Under the pieces are notes generated by a model, which saw nothing but the letters and a program-made list of their open reading frames with translations, was not told the origin of the DNA and did no database searches. Shown one piece after another: positions 10,108 through 19,828 of a stretch of 64,000 nucleotides of DNA. The position numbers and the translations under genes are program-made. Every line of letters begins with the position of its first letter. The first letter of the stretch is position 1. Source of the stretch: a virus (taxonomy: Duplodnaviria; Caudoviricetes); the IMG/VR virus record IMGVR_UViG_3300020477_000013, positions 137,586-201,585 of that record; one strand, written 5' to 3'.

Positions 10108-10404
10108 ATGTGGCCGAAGGGGTATCAACTTAAATGGTTTCGAAGGGAACTTCCAAGAAAAGAAGGTCCTGCCCCGCCTATGAGACCCGGTTTCGGCCAA
10201 ACACCCCTTAACGTAATACAGGATGGTGATAAATTTTACGTTGGGACCTACTTTGTTTTACCTGATGGGTCTAGGAAACCATATACAGTTGAGAGTCAAT
10301 ATTTCTCCACGGAGAAAGAAGCCAAAGTTGTATTGTCAAGAATGACAGGCGGAAAAATGAAGGAGTCACTACTGCGTGCTTATGTAAGAGAGATGCTGGG
10401 CTAA
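10108..10404 (+). CDS. Hypothetical protein
   Basis: 98 aa; ends with leader-like MKESLLRAYVRE. Confidence 0.65.
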   Translation: MWPKGYQLKWFRRELPRKEGPAPPMRPGFGQTPLNVIQDGDKFYVGTYFVLPDGSRKPYTVESQYFSTEKEAKVVLSRMTGGKMKESLLRAYVREMLG

Positions 10405-11562
10405 ATGAGTAATGATAAAATATCTGCATTTTACATAATGACAGAACCTGAGAAGATGGGTTACCCATATATTGAATCGATCACCTCTGTGCTGTCTTTT
10501 GCCGACGAGGTGGTTCTGGTGATGGGTAGAGATGAACCGGCTAGCGAGAAAAAGATTGACCAGTTGGCACGTTCTATTCCTCGGCAAAAGTCAGTTAAAA
10601 TAGTGAAGACCCATGCTTGGCCAGAATTCGGATGGAACTATAATATAATGAGAGATCATATTCAACGCGGTTTGGACGAGTGTACACATGACTTATGTTT
10701 AAAGGTGGATTGTGACTATGTCTTTAGAGATCAGCATTGTGATGAGATCCGTTCAGCAATTCAAATTCATGCACAGGATAATCATTTAGTAACCTTTGGC
10801 AGGGTCAATTTTTCATGTTTAGGAAAAGCAGATTATCAACCAGCGATAGATCACACGCCTTGTTACGTTATTAATAAACGTGCATTGAGAGATGATGGCA
10901 TAGAGTGTGCTATATCCAATGAGTCGGGATCGAACCAACCTATTTTCATGAAAGACGAAAGGGTCCTAGATGTGTCTTCCGGTAAGGACCTCAAGGTGCT
11001 ACCCCTAAGTCCTATGTTACCAGATAGCCTAGAATCCTGGGTTTATCATTACCTTGTGATATGTCCAGTAAATTATTCATACACTTTCATGACTGCATCA
11101 AGAATTGCTAAGACGTGGTCTGAGTGGCATAGGGCTATACATCTCAGGTTTGGTAATCTCCGCATGCCGAATTTCGATTTAGATGATATGCATCAATCAA
11201 TCAAGAATTTTGCGGCTTATCATTTCCAAGCAAAGATTCCATCCCTGGGGCATTGTAGAGACTGGGATGAAATAAGGGGTATTATTTTAGGCTCCAGCGG
11301 TGATACTTTAGCGGATATGGTCAACAGGGGTATTTTACATTGTAATGACAGAGGTGAACCCCAGGTGTCAGGGGCCATGACAATGCAACTTGTAGACCAC
11401 CCTGCATGTATGAGACATGTATTACAGGGCATTTCATCCGACAAGTGGGGATTTAATAACTTTAACCTGCCTGAACCTCCCTCGAGGGGATTAACGCATG
11501 AAGGTGCGGCTGCCATATATGAGAAGTGGTTAGGGGATATTGGTAGTTACTTGAATGAATAA
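10405..11562 (+). CDS. GT-A (family 2-like) glycosyltransferase
   Basis: YPYIESITSVLSFADEVVLV start, DCD (DxD) motif. Confidence 0.65.
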   Translation: MSNDKISAFYIMTEPEKMGYPYIESITSVLSFADEVVLVMGRDEPASEKKIDQLARSIPRQKSVKIVKTHAWPEFGWNYNIMRDHIQRGLDECTHDLCLKVDCDYVFRDQHCDEIRSAIQIHAQDNHLVTFGRVNFSCLGKADYQPAIDHTPCYVINKRALRDDGIECAISNESGSNQPIFMKDERVLDVSSGKDLKVLPLSPMLPDSLESWVYHYLVICPVNYSYTFMTASRIAKTWSEWHRAIHLRFGNLRMPNFDLDDMHQSIKNFAAYHFQAKIPSLGHCRDWDEIRGIILGSSGDTLADMVNRGILHCNDRGEPQVSGAMTMQLVDHPACMRHVLQGISSDKWGFNNFNLPEPPSRGLTHEGAAAIYEKWLGDIGSYLNE

Positions 11563-11684
11563 ATAAACCCCCCCGCAACAACCGGGATTTTAATTCATTT
11601 TTAAGTGTCCCTTATCGGTTGCATGTGATATTTATTTGCAGAATTGAATTATGGTATTCATATGATATCATCTAGGGGTTTAAA

Positions 11685-11792
11685 ATGAGTGAATTTTTAT
11701 GGGGCTTTGTTGCGGGTGCGGTTGCTTCTCCTTTTGCATGGGAAGGCCTTAAGTGGTGCTTCCGAAAGGTGAAGGAAGCCACTAGTAAATAA
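11685..11792 (+). CDS. Small membrane peptide (35 aa)
   Basis: Own translation MSEFLWGFVAGAVASPFAWEGLKW...; RBS AGGGG. Confidence 0.55.
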   Translation: MSEFLWGFVAGAVASPFAWEGLKWCFRKVKEATSK

Positions 11793-11858
11793 GTGGTATT
11801 ATATTAAAATTTGCGTTAGCGTGGGATAATTGGTCTGGGCCCACGAGGGGAAAATAAA

Positions 11859-12119
11859 ATGAGACTATCAAAAAATCAATTAAGACAAATCATTCGAGAA
11901 TCGCATAGTGAGTCGATGTCGGGTGTGAATAGTCAGGTTAGAGAGTCACTCAGCTCTCACGAAGAAAAAGCTCAGGCGGACTCCTTCGCCATGTTTCCCG
12001 GTAACACTATCATGGACTTGGAATCACTTCACGACTTGTGGTATGGTCGCTTTACAAGTGATGAAAACTTGATACTTGACCAGGCAATTGCACTTTTGAA
12101 CAGGGAGCTCAGGGGGTAA
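11859..12119 (+). CDS. Leader-family protein
   Basis: MRLSKNQLRQIIRE. Confidence 0.8.
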   Translation: MRLSKNQLRQIIRESHSESMSGVNSQVRESLSSHEEKAQADSFAMFPGNTIMDLESLHDLWYGRFTSDENLILDQAIALLNRELRG

Positions 12120-12121
12120 TA

Positions 12122-12403
12122 ATGCAAATATCACGTAAGAAGTTAAGAAGAATCATTAGGGAATCGTTGCTTCAAGAGTACGGTCCTGAATCTCGTGGGG
12201 AGCCCGGGCACAGAGGTGCAGATGGAAACTGGGTCGATCCTGGCATGGATGGTTACAATCCATACAAGGACAAGTCTCTGGCACCTGGTAACGGTTGGCC
12301 CCCTGAAGAGAGATCGGCAGCTATTAGAGCGTATACAGGCAGAGATGGTTACATTGCCAACTCTCAAGTGGACAAAAGCTGGGTGCATCCAGCATTTCGA
12401 TAA
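12122..12403 (+). CDS. Leader-family protein
   Basis: MQISRKKLRRIIRE. Confidence 0.8.
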   Translation: MQISRKKLRRIIRESLLQEYGPESRGEPGHRGADGNWVDPGMDGYNPYKDKSLAPGNGWPPEERSAAIRAYTGRDGYIANSQVDKSWVHPAFR

Positions 12404-12414
12404 GAGATAAACTA

Positions 12415-12777
12415 GTGAAAATCACAAAACGACAACTCAGACGAATTATTCGGGAATCAATCACGGGCACGACAATTTATGTCGAGAAGAGTCCATACGG
12501 TGGGACTATGATTGAAGATGAGAATGGCGAATATCTTTCTGTGGGAGAGATGGTAAAATCCTTATTAGACTCAGGTGAATCAGACTTCTTTCACGATGCT
12601 TTAGGGCTACAGGAACTCATGGCAGCCCATAGCCGTGGTGTTCAGGGTGGTATGCAGAAGTGGGACTCTGATGTGTTCGAACAATACTACAGCCTAGACA
12701 TGGATAAAATGATTGACACATATGCCGGTGCTAATGGATTACAAGTCAAATACATCCCCATGGGAGAGGATTACTAA
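12415..12777 (+). CDS. Leader-family protein
   Basis: GTG start, MKITKRQLRRIIRE. Confidence 0.82.
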   Translation: MKITKRQLRRIIRESITGTTIYVEKSPYGGTMIEDENGEYLSVGEMVKSLLDSGESDFFHDALGLQELMAAHSRGVQGGMQKWDSDVFEQYYSLDMDKMIDTYAGANGLQVKYIPMGEDY

Positions 12778-12778
12778 A

Positions 12779-13048
12779 ATGAAGATCACAAAAAGACAAC
12801 TTAGAAGAATCATCAAGGAAGAGAAAGCGAGGCTTCTTATAGAAATGAATCCCGCTGTTGAGGAGGGAATCTCACGTGGCGTGCAGAATGGCATTTGGGG
12901 CTGGCTCGAGCGCGAGTTTGCCCAAGACATGACCGGTGAAGATGTGTGGAATAATCCTACATACACCGAGAGTATTGCACACGCATTGGAAACAATTGCC
13001 AAGGAAGTACGGACCGCAGGGACGCAAGAAGGTACGTACGGGGGGTAA
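12779..13048 (+). CDS. Leader-family protein
   Basis: Start reassigned to leader ATG 12779. Confidence 0.82.
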   Translation: MKITKRQLRRIIKEEKARLLIEMNPAVEEGISRGVQNGIWGWLEREFAQDMTGEDVWNNPTYTESIAHALETIAKEVRTAGTQEGTYGG

Positions 13049-13049
13049 A

Positions 13050-13337
13050 ATGAAGATCACAAAAAGACAGCTCAGACGAATTATCAAAGAACAACTTCAA
13101 CTTCTTAGTGAGGAGGGCTATGATAGTTATCGTGATAGTAGGCGAGAGGCTGGCTATGGTGGAACAACTTGGAAGAGTAAGCAAGACTATAGGCGTCGAA
13201 GAGCCCAACAGATAAAGTATGCAGAGGAAGTCACAGCCCAGGGAAGAGAAGATGCCCTTGCCGGCCGGCCTAAAGACGCTAGCATAGGGCACCTTGCGTA
13301 CCATGAGGCATACGACGAAGCGCTCAAGGAAGCATGA
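13050..13337 (+). CDS. Leader-family protein
   Basis: Start reassigned to leader ATG 13050. Confidence 0.82.
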   Translation: MKITKRQLRRIIKEQLQLLSEEGYDSYRDSRREAGYGGTTWKSKQDYRRRRAQQIKYAEEVTAQGREDALAGRPKDASIGHLAYHEAYDEALKEA

Positions 13338-13338
13338 T

Positions 13339-13674
13339 ATGAAGATCACAAAGAGACAACTCAGAAGAATCATCAAGGAAGAGCTTCAATCCATGACAGT
13401 TGACAAGCGAGATCAGCTTATGGATGCGCTGGAAGATAAATACGGACTCCAGGTAAGAACTACCGAAGAGTTTGGTTCTGGTCCTGGGGGCGTATGGATT
13501 GCTGCTGAGTCAGCTTCCGCACAAACGCCGGACGGCTTACCACTGTTTGACTACTACTTGGACATGGATCCATATGAATTTGGTGTACACCCGGAATTTT
13601 CAAGGTTTATTGCACCTTATGGTTTTTATGCAGAGTGGAATGATCCAGGAACATTAATGTTGTGGAGGGTGTAA
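13339..13674 (+). CDS. Leader-family protein with globular cargo (YAEWNDPGT)
   Basis: Start reassigned to leader ATG 13339. Confidence 0.82.
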   Translation: MKITKRQLRRIIKEELQSMTVDKRDQLMDALEDKYGLQVRTTEEFGSGPGGVWIAAESASAQTPDGLPLFDYYLDMDPYEFGVHPEFSRFIAPYGFYAEWNDPGTLMLWRV

Positions 13675-13675
13675 C

Positions 13676-14023
13676 ATGAGAATCACAAAGAGGCAGCTAA
13701 GAAGAATTATTAAGGAAGAAAAGGCGAAGCTGATAAGAGAGTCATTTTCGCCTGATTCTATCGCTGAGTTTGATAGGGAAATTAATTCCAATCTGGAACA
13801 GGGGAAGTTGTACCTTGACATGGGTGATACTTCGATGGCTCAGATGTACGATGATGATGCATATTCTTTAGAGGCCATTAGAGATATGGCCATTCAAGAC
13901 AGGGCAGCTGGTGAGCCTATGGGATCAAATTCACTTCGTAATTTGGTTAGCCGTTTAGACACAGCCGCACGTGAAAAGATACCAGACGACTTCTATTACT
14001 GGATAATCGGCGAGGATTATTAA
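13676..14023 (+). CDS. Leader-family protein
   Basis: MRITKRQLRRIIKEEKAKLIRE. Confidence 0.82.
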   Translation: MRITKRQLRRIIKEEKAKLIRESFSPDSIAEFDREINSNLEQGKLYLDMGDTSMAQMYDDDAYSLEAIRDMAIQDRAAGEPMGSNSLRNLVSRLDTAAREKIPDDFYYWIIGEDY

Positions 14024-14024
14024 A

Positions 14025-14483
14025 ATGAGAATCACAAAGAGGCAGCTAAGAAGAATCATTAGGGAAGCTTATTATGAAGATGCCGAAGACCGAGGATATT
14101 TTGACCATGTTGGTGGTCTCAACGCTCCTAAGCATCCTGATAATGAAGAGTATATGGCTGGGTGGGATCAATCCATCATAGATGATAAGGTCTCCGCGGA
14201 CCACAAGGCAGAGAAGGAGATGGAAAGAAGGCTCCAGCCAGCACGCGATAGAACAATGGCAACACTCGATAGATCACGTCAGGAACTGGAGAGTGCCCAT
14301 GGAATCACTGACGACTTGGCCTACGAAGTTGAGATGGGAAGTCTCTTTCTGGCTAAGGAAGATGAGCTCCGTAAGCTGGCCAATGCAAGTGGTGCCCAAG
14401 GCCTAGCCGCTAAAAAGTTATTGGACATGACCCCCCAGCAACGTGCTGCATATAAAAGTTTAATGATTAGGACAACGATGTAG
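14025..14483 (+). CDS. Leader-family protein
   Basis: MRITKRQLRRIIRE. Confidence 0.82.
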   Translation: MRITKRQLRRIIREAYYEDAEDRGYFDHVGGLNAPKHPDNEEYMAGWDQSIIDDKVSADHKAEKEMERRLQPARDRTMATLDRSRQELESAHGITDDLAYEVEMGSLFLAKEDELRKLANASGAQGLAAKKLLDMTPQQRAAYKSLMIRTTM

Positions 14484-14502
14484 GTCGTAAATAAGATATT
14501 AC

Positions 14503-14763
14503 ATGAAAATCACTAAGAGACAACTAAGAAGAATCATCAAGGAAGAGAAGGCTAAGCTTCTTAATGAGTATACGCCTGCCGATACCAGCGGGTCAGCTCC
14601 TTATTCTAGCCCTGCAAACATTGAAGAAGAAATAGCAGAACTCGAAAATGCTCTTAACTCTCTATACGTCGCAGGCAGAGCACTTCCTTTTCCGATGGAT
14701 AGAAGAATCATGGATGCTACCGAGATGATCGAGAGGGCGCTCAATATATTACAAGGAAAGTAA
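14503..14763 (+). CDS. Leader-family protein
   Basis: MKITKRQLRRIIKEEKAKLLNE. Confidence 0.82.
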   Translation: MKITKRQLRRIIKEEKAKLLNEYTPADTSGSAPYSSPANIEEEIAELENALNSLYVAGRALPFPMDRRIMDATEMIERALNILQGK

Positions 14764-14764
14764 A

Positions 14765-15037
14765 ATGAAGATCACAAAGAGACAACTAAGAAGAATCATC
14801 AAAGAAGAGAAGGCCAGGCTCATGAATGAACAACCTACTCGCCGGCCTGACTATAAGTTTAATCAGGGCGTACAGGGTGAATATGCTCCCGGTGAATCAG
14901 TACTTGAGGATTTGATGGTCGCGGTTGACGAAGCTATTGCCAACGCCACGGGTCAGATCGATCTAGATTTTCAAGATGGTCCGCTATCGTCTAGACAAGT
15001 TGTCAATTTTGTTATTCGATCGTTACAGGAAAGATAA
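14765..15037 (+). CDS. Leader-family protein
   Basis: MKITKRQLRRIIKEEKARLMNE. Confidence 0.82.
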   Translation: MKITKRQLRRIIKEEKARLMNEQPTRRPDYKFNQGVQGEYAPGESVLEDLMVAVDEAIANATGQIDLDFQDGPLSSRQVVNFVIRSLQER

Positions 15038-15038
15038 A

Positions 15039-15428
15039 ATGAAAATCACCAAACGACAACTTAGAAGAATCATCAAAGAAGAGAAGGCCAGGCTCATGTC
15101 CGAAGCCGACACTGGAATGCGACCAGGGCCAGATGGCATTATCGTCGTCGATCGTGGAAATATGGGGAGAGAAAAAGATCGTTGGCTGGTACTGTTTGAG
15201 GTGGAAGATATTGTATCCCCCGAGCTATACACTTATCTCTCGCAAAGAAGCGATTGGAGAAAACTAACATCTGGCCCTAAGGCAACAGGCCCGACCGAAG
15301 AGGCAGCCCGGGCCAAGCTCAACAAGGCTATTGATAAGTTTCTGGCAATGCTATCTCAGAAAATCATTGAAGCACGAAACGAGGTCGGCATGCTGGACGA
15401 ATTCAGGGCAAGCTTGGAGAAACTATAA
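15039..15428 (+). CDS. Leader-family protein
   Basis: Start reassigned to leader ATG 15039. Confidence 0.82.
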   Translation: MKITKRQLRRIIKEEKARLMSEADTGMRPGPDGIIVVDRGNMGREKDRWLVLFEVEDIVSPELYTYLSQRSDWRKLTSGPKATGPTEEAARAKLNKAIDKFLAMLSQKIIEARNEVGMLDEFRASLEKL

Positions 15429-15429
15429 A

Positions 15430-15714
15430 ATGAAAATCACAAAACGACAACTTCGAAGAATCATCAAAGAAGAGAAGGCCAGGCTTCTATCTGAGGTGAC
15501 CCCCGGTGAACGTGATGATGCTAAGAGGCTTGATGCAGAGTGGGCAGCAAGGGTAAATGCAGAGCAAGGTGCCCTCCAATCTCAAGCTGATATCTCACGT
15601 GAGTTAGGCGAATTACATAATGCTATCGATCGATTGATTGACGTGATGGGCCGTGATGAAGTAGCCGCTGAGCTTGAGGGAATCGCAGAAGAGATTAGGA
15701 TGGGAATGGTATGA
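15430..15714 (+). CDS. Leader-family protein
   Basis: Start reassigned to leader ATG 15430. Confidence 0.82.
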   Translation: MKITKRQLRRIIKEEKARLLSEVTPGERDDAKRLDAEWAARVNAEQGALQSQADISRELGELHNAIDRLIDVMGRDEVAAELEGIAEEIRMGMV

Positions 15715-17366
15715 AAATCACAAAAAGACAACTCAGGCGAATCATCAAAGAAGAGAAGGCCAGGCTCATGGAGTATGGTGGCCGACCTTATGACCCAACT
15801 GTTCCTGGAGACTACGAGCGATATCGTGATAATCCGACCGGCGACGCGCCTCCGGGTGGCGAGTGGGATGCAAAACTGGAGAAGATGGCCGATGAAGTCG
15901 GTGATCGAGCCGCCGGTGGATACGAACCATCGATGGACGGTTCTCCTGAAGCGTATGCTGACCATATCCTTGATTGGTATGCTGAAGACCCACCACCTCC
16001 GCTCGACGAGATGGAGGGTTTAGCGTTTGCACTGTCAAAGCCCTATTATAGAAAGGTGATTAAGGCCGCGGTTCTCGAGTACATCGGAATGATGACAGAA
16101 GGAAGGGCTTTACATGAGCAATACCATTCCATGTCACCAGCCGGCAAATCCTTGTCTAGATCGATTAAAGGTAAATTCATGAGGATGTACCCCGACGCCT
16201 CGGTCGGGATTGACGGTCGTGAAGGGTGGATCACAGTCAATGGTAAAAAGGCTATCAATATGTCCCAGGCTAGCGGACGCGGAATGTCAGATGAAGAAAT
16301 GATAGACAAGATGCATGCAGTATATGCCCAGTCACAAGTAGATCCCGATATCCCAACCGCCGACACGAGAATGGATACGTTTATGGAGGGAAAAATGAAA
16401 ATCTCAAAACGACAACTCAGGCGAATCATCAAAGAAGAGAAGTCGAGGGTTTTATCTGAGCGCCGAATGCAAATTGCACCACGACGAAGGCGTAGCGTTC
16501 TGTTGACAGAGCGTAGTTTACGTTACGTAGCACGCCAGGCTATCATCGATCACAACCGAGGTGTTCGAATTGATGAGAATTGGTTTAGTGACGTAGCAAA
16601 GAAGGCCAAGGCCTTTGTCGCCGATAAAGTGGAAGACGCCCAGATAATGTTTAATGACTTCAAGAAGAAGCTCCCGGGTGGTATGGCAAAGCACATATCT
16701 AAGGCGTACAAGAAAATGATCAGAGATGTCAAAGAGATGACAGACAAGGTCGATTTTGGGCTATACGATTTGAAAGCTATCGAATGGCAGCCAGATTCCA
16801 TGGAGGAGGCACTAGAGAACGGCAAGATCGTCAAGAAGTTCTTTGATGACTTTAACATCGACATGGACATCAACGATCTAATGGGTCAAGAGAATTTTGA
16901 CGCTGATACCGAGTATGATCTCAATCAAAAATTTAAGAAATCCCTAAGGGATGTTATGCAACGAACAGAGTTTTACGTGTTCACTGATACTGAGATTGAG
17001 AAAACTAAAAAGAAGATTGTCGACGCCCTAGGGGAAAAGAAAGGAAAGGCAGTTGCTGAAGAGATGGCAGAAGAGCTAGTTGCAACAATGAAAGAGTACG
17101 AAGAAGACGTGCTTAGTCGCGATTATGCTGATGAAATATCGCTGGCAGTCCGTGGGTATGCCAAGTCCTTAGCCTATGCTGCTGAGCAAGAGTGGGCAAA
17201 GAAGATGGATGAGAAAGAGCGTCGATTAGCTGGCCTAGAGCGTATGAAGATAGCTGATGCCAACGAAAAAGCAGCTTGGAAGAAGGAGGAGCGACGAAAA
17301 GATCGCGCCGCTAAGAAGAAGTACAGCACTGAGCCGGAGGACCGGACAAGGTCTAAGTGGAGCTAA
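15711..17366 (+). CDS. Large leader-family protein with second in-frame leader at 16395
   Basis: 551 aa; internal MKISKRQLRRIIKEEKSRVLSE preceded by GGAGGG. Confidence 0.85.
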   Translation: MKITKRQLRRIIKEEKARLMEYGGRPYDPTVPGDYERYRDNPTGDAPPGGEWDAKLEKMADEVGDRAAGGYEPSMDGSPEAYADHILDWYAEDPPPPLDEMEGLAFALSKPYYRKVIKAAVLEYIGMMTEGRALHEQYHSMSPAGKSLSRSIKGKFMRMYPDASVGIDGREGWITVNGKKAINMSQASGRGMSDEEMIDKMHAVYAQSQVDPDIPTADTRMDTFMEGKMKISKRQLRRIIKEEKSRVLSERRMQIAPRRRRSVLLTERSLRYVARQAIIDHNRGVRIDENWFSDVAKKAKAFVADKVEDAQIMFNDFKKKLPGGMAKHISKAYKKMIRDVKEMTDKVDFGLYDLKAIEWQPDSMEEALENGKIVKKFFDDFNIDMDINDLMGQENFDADTEYDLNQKFKKSLRDVMQRTEFYVFTDTEIEKTKKKIVDALGEKKGKAVAEEMAEELVATMKEYEEDVLSRDYADEISLAVRGYAKSLAYAAEQEWAKKMDEKERRLAGLERMKIADANEKAAWKKEERRKDRAAKKKYSTEPEDRTRSKWS

Positions 17367-17370
17367 AACA

Positions 17371-17634
17371 ATGAAAATCACCAAACGACAACTTAGAAGA
17401 ATCATCAAAGAAGAGAAGGCACGAATCCTTAGGGAGATCCGAGATGAACGATCTCCCCAGGGCCGCCAATCTGCTCGTGGTCCCGCTAGCGCCTATGATC
17501 AGGGATATGAAGCAGGCACAAGGGGCGATCGATCTGAAATGCCACTCGAGCAATACGGTACACCTTTCTACGATGCATGGATGGAAGGCTGGGATGACGG
17601 ACTAGCTTCATTCCATGGTGGCGGAAGCTACTAA
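17371..17634 (+). CDS. Leader-family protein
   Basis: Start reassigned to leader ATG 17371. Confidence 0.82.
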   Translation: MKITKRQLRRIIKEEKARILREIRDERSPQGRQSARGPASAYDQGYEAGTRGDRSEMPLEQYGTPFYDAWMEGWDDGLASFHGGGSY

Positions 17635-17681
17635 ACGAAACAGGCAATTTTAGCCAACAATATTATAAAGGAGAAATTACA

Positions 17682-17780
17682 ATGAGAAAAGTATTACATA
17701 GATTAGTAAATTTATTCAATAACTCACACTGCTGCTGCTGCTGTGGTTGCTGTCCTCACCCTGAGAAGTCTTGCTGTTAG
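17682..17780 (+). CDS. Cys-rich metallothionein-like micropeptide (32 aa, 9 Cys)
   Basis: RBS AAGGAG; MRKVLHRLVNLFNNSHCCCCCGCCPHPEKSCC. Confidence 0.7.
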   Translation: MRKVLHRLVNLFNNSHCCCCCGCCPHPEKSCC

Positions 17781-17791
17781 GGGTACATGAT

Positions 17792-18046
17792 ATGAGAGTC
17801 ACTAAGCGGCAACTAAGGCAAATCATTAGAGAAGCTCTTGAAACCGAAATGGAAGAGGGGGATGTACTTGGTGAGGAAGACCTTGAGGAGTACTGGACAC
17901 CCGGCATAGATACTTCAGGCCGGGTAGATACCAGCAGGGCAGACAAAAAGCCTACAGGCCAGGAAATGGGTTGCAAAGATCGAAGGACCGGGAAGACTGT
18001 TGAGCCGTATTGGCAACAGAGAATGGGAAAATGGGTGTGCCCATAA
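17792..18046 (+). CDS. Leader-family protein
   Basis: MRVTKRQLRQIIRE at ATG 17792. Confidence 0.8.
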   Translation: MRVTKRQLRQIIREALETEMEEGDVLGEEDLEEYWTPGIDTSGRVDTSRADKKPTGQEMGCKDRRTGKTVEPYWQQRMGKWVCP

Positions 18047-18309
18047 TGAAAATTACAAAAAGACAATTAAGAAGAATCATCAAAGAAGAGAAAGCCAAGC
18101 TCGTCTCCGAGATATCGGCTGAACGGGGTGCTAGCCTGCCTCGTACCCATATGGGCGAGACAATCACACCAGAGAGCGTCGTTGCCGACCTGTTTAATTT
18201 AGCAGCTAAGGTAGAAGCTTTAGGTGAAGATTTCTTTTCTGACAGCGACAGCTTAGCTGATTGGGCGAATAATTTTATGTCCAGACATAACGTTATGCAG
18301 GAGAGATAA
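18046..18309 (+). CDS. Leader-family protein
   Basis: Start reassigned to ATG 18046. Confidence 0.82.
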   Translation: MKITKRQLRRIIKEEKAKLVSEISAERGASLPRTHMGETITPESVVADLFNLAAKVEALGEDFFSDSDSLADWANNFMSRHNVMQER

Positions 18310-18316
18310 CATTAAA

Positions 18317-18565
18317 ATGAAAATCACGAAGCGACAACTCAGAAGAATCATCAAGGAAGAGAGGGCCAGGTTACTTAATGAAGGGCCTAACCTAGCGCTT
18401 CGTAATGCGATCATGGATACTTACGAGGGCGTGTATGGAGATCTAATCTCACAAGGTGCCGATCCATCGGTTGCACAAGATCGAGCTAGTGATGCAGTTA
18501 TGTCAGAGGTTGAAGCCTGGTTGGATGCCGTAGGAATTCCACGCACATATGTGGGATTATCATAA
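18317..18565 (+). CDS. Leader-family protein
   Basis: MKITKRQLRRIIKEERARLLNE. Confidence 0.82.
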   Translation: MKITKRQLRRIIKEERARLLNEGPNLALRNAIMDTYEGVYGDLISQGADPSVAQDRASDAVMSEVEAWLDAVGIPRTYVGLS

Positions 18566-18816
18566 TGAAAATCGCCAAACGTCAGCTAAGAAGAATCATC
18601 AAAGAAGAGAAAGCACGATTGTTGACAGAGGATAGCATTAATGCTGCAGAAGATCGACTTTTCGCCGCTATAGATGACTTTGTACAAGTGGTAGATGAGG
18701 AACTAGGGTACGATGTTCCACTTCACGTGTTACGGCGGCAGGTTGATGATGTAGTTGGCTCAGCTTTTGCACAGTTTGAAGCGGACCAAAAAGCAGAGGA
18801 TGACTTAAGATCATGA
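18565..18816 (+). CDS. Leader-family protein
   Basis: MKIAKRQLRRIIKEEKARLLTE. Confidence 0.82.
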   Translation: MKIAKRQLRRIIKEEKARLLTEDSINAAEDRLFAAIDDFVQVVDEELGYDVPLHVLRRQVDDVVGSAFAQFEADQKAEDDLRS

Positions 18817-19175
18817 GAATCACAAAACGACAACTCAGACGAATCATTAAAGAAGCCATGGAAGATGAGCCCATCCGCATGATACCAGGTGATTCATTCC
18901 CTGCAGATGCGCTTAAATCAAGGCGCTCCAGGAAACCCCAACCCTCCGGCGAATTCAGAGACACAATCGTTATGAGTCCAACCGGCGATACTCTCCTAGT
19001 CGGTGGGCAGGAAGTGGCTCTTCAAAATGCTGTAAAAGAACTCGAGATACAGTCAGGTCAGCCAGTGTCGGCCATACAAGCAGGTGATATCAACGCGAAG
19101 CTATTAAGACAGTATGGTCAAGGATACGTTGAGCTTCCAATATCTTGGTCGCCCAATACAGGATGGAAATTCTAA
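18813..19175 (+). CDS. Leader-family protein
   Basis: MRITKRQLRRIIKEA. Confidence 0.82.
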   Translation: MRITKRQLRRIIKEAMEDEPIRMIPGDSFPADALKSRRSRKPQPSGEFRDTIVMSPTGDTLLVGGQEVALQNAVKELEIQSGQPVSAIQAGDINAKLLRQYGQGYVELPISWSPNTGWKF

Positions 19176-19432
19176 TGAAAATCACGAAAAGACAGTTAAA
19201 GCAGATCATCAAAGAAGAGAAGGCAAAGCTCAATGAAGGTGGATGGAGTAAGGGTCCAGAGCGCCTTAGGGAGATTAGGGAAGGAATGCTAGAGGCCTTA
19301 TTCCAGTCCATCGATGCTCAAGCCTCTTATGATCCAGAAGCCCTGGGAATTATTAAGTCTGAAATAATGATGCGAGGCCTAGATTTTAGAAAAGAGGCAC
19401 TGGCTTACTTACGAGAACTAGAGGGTTATTAA
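19175..19432 (+). CDS. Leader-family protein
   Basis: Start reassigned to ATG 19175. Confidence 0.82.
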   Translation: MKITKRQLKQIIKEEKAKLNEGGWSKGPERLREIREGMLEALFQSIDAQASYDPEALGIIKSEIMMRGLDFRKEALAYLRELEGY

Positions 19433-19433
19433 A

Positions 19434-19748
19434 ATGAAAATTACAAAGAGACAGCTTAGAAGAATCATCAAGGAAGAGAAAGCCCGGCTTGTAAATGAGA
19501 TCCAGGCTGAGAAAGACGTCAGGCAGCTGACCCTTAATCAAGGTGAGGTTGATAAGGTTGAGGCCATGCGATCAGCACTGGATAGAATGTTCTTTGAGTA
19601 TCGAAAAATAAATTCAATACCCCCACAATGGCTTGATGACTCCAACGGGTTCGGTACATCCAGGTATGATAAACTAGAAGAACTGTTGATGGATGCAGGC
19701 GAAGAAATGTCAGACTTGGTACATGATATGAAGAAAGTGGGAATATAA
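19434..19748 (+). CDS. Leader-family protein
   Basis: MKITKRQLRRIIKEEKARLVNE. Confidence 0.82.
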   Translation: MKITKRQLRRIIKEEKARLVNEIQAEKDVRQLTLNQGEVDKVEAMRSALDRMFFEYRKINSIPPQWLDDSNGFGTSRYDKLEELLMDAGEEMSDLVHDMKKVGI

Positions 19749-19758
19749 GACTCAGAGT

Positions 19759-19779
19759 GAGGTTCAAAGGTTGAACCTC
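19759..19779 (+). other. Intergenic 9-bp stem hairpin
   Basis: GAGGTTCAA-AGG-TTGAACCTC, no U-tract. Confidence 0.6.
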
Positions 19780-19828
19780 GTATCATTAACAAAAAATTAT
19801 CTATATTAAAAAATGGGAGGCACCTAAA

